This document shows positions 63,907 through 64,000 of a DNA stretch of 64,000 nt, one piece after another (positions within the stretch are counted from its first letter, which is position 1; each line of letters begins with the position of its first letter). Both the position numbers and the translations under genes were made by a program. The notes below the pieces were generated by a model. It was not told the DNA's origin. It did no database searches and saw only the letters and a program-made list of their open reading frames with translations. Origin of the DNA: Haliotis cracherodii (Eukaryota); assembly GCF_022045235.1 (NCBI RefSeq), contig NW_027266276.1:9362001-9426000 (forward strand), given 5' to 3'.

Positions 63907-64000
63907 TAGTTGGAATATATTAAGTGCGGCGTAAAATAACAAACAAATAACATAATTCCGAGATTTGATACAACCGTTTCCTTTGAAGGTGAAAATAGAA

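Larger units (their letters stand above)
29184..64000 (+). other. Probable large intron of the SLC1A gene (extends beyond window)
   Basis: GTAAGA donor at 29184. No downstream exon encoding the expected N(M/L)FP.N..AC continuation was found by eye. The region is filled with repeats. Confidence 0.65.

Overview
Eukaryotic, AT-rich, repeat-dense invertebrate DNA. The SINE repertoire looks molluscan (gastropod, abalone-like), which is an inference. There are two N-gaps. The only convincing host coding sequence is one large exon (28663-29183, +) encoding the N-terminus and TM1-TM3 of an SLC1A/EAAT-type glutamate transporter. It ends at an AG|GTAAG donor. No next exon is recognisable, so the remaining ~35 kb is probably intron. 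Most of the window consists of four short retroposon families that share a related 3' tail. Family A has a tRNA-Asp-like head. Family B has a tRNA-Leu/Ser-like head plus a V-domain-like body. Family C has no tRNA head and starts with a predicted pseudoknotted RNA domain. Family D has a tRNA head plus a Meta/MESC-like core. Also present are several MITEs, decayed mariner, LINE, Penelope and possible DIRS/Harbinger remnants, and many minisatellites. Almost all ORFs in the supplied track are repeat or gap artefacts. The most interesting observations are the structured 5' domain of family C (including a ~70-bp head+tail mini-element with its own TSD), TSDs that overlap the SINE tail repeat, nested SINE insertions, and a minisatellite block bracketed by a 26-bp direct repeat. 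Family names A-D are my labels, and coordinates of degenerate copies are approximate.
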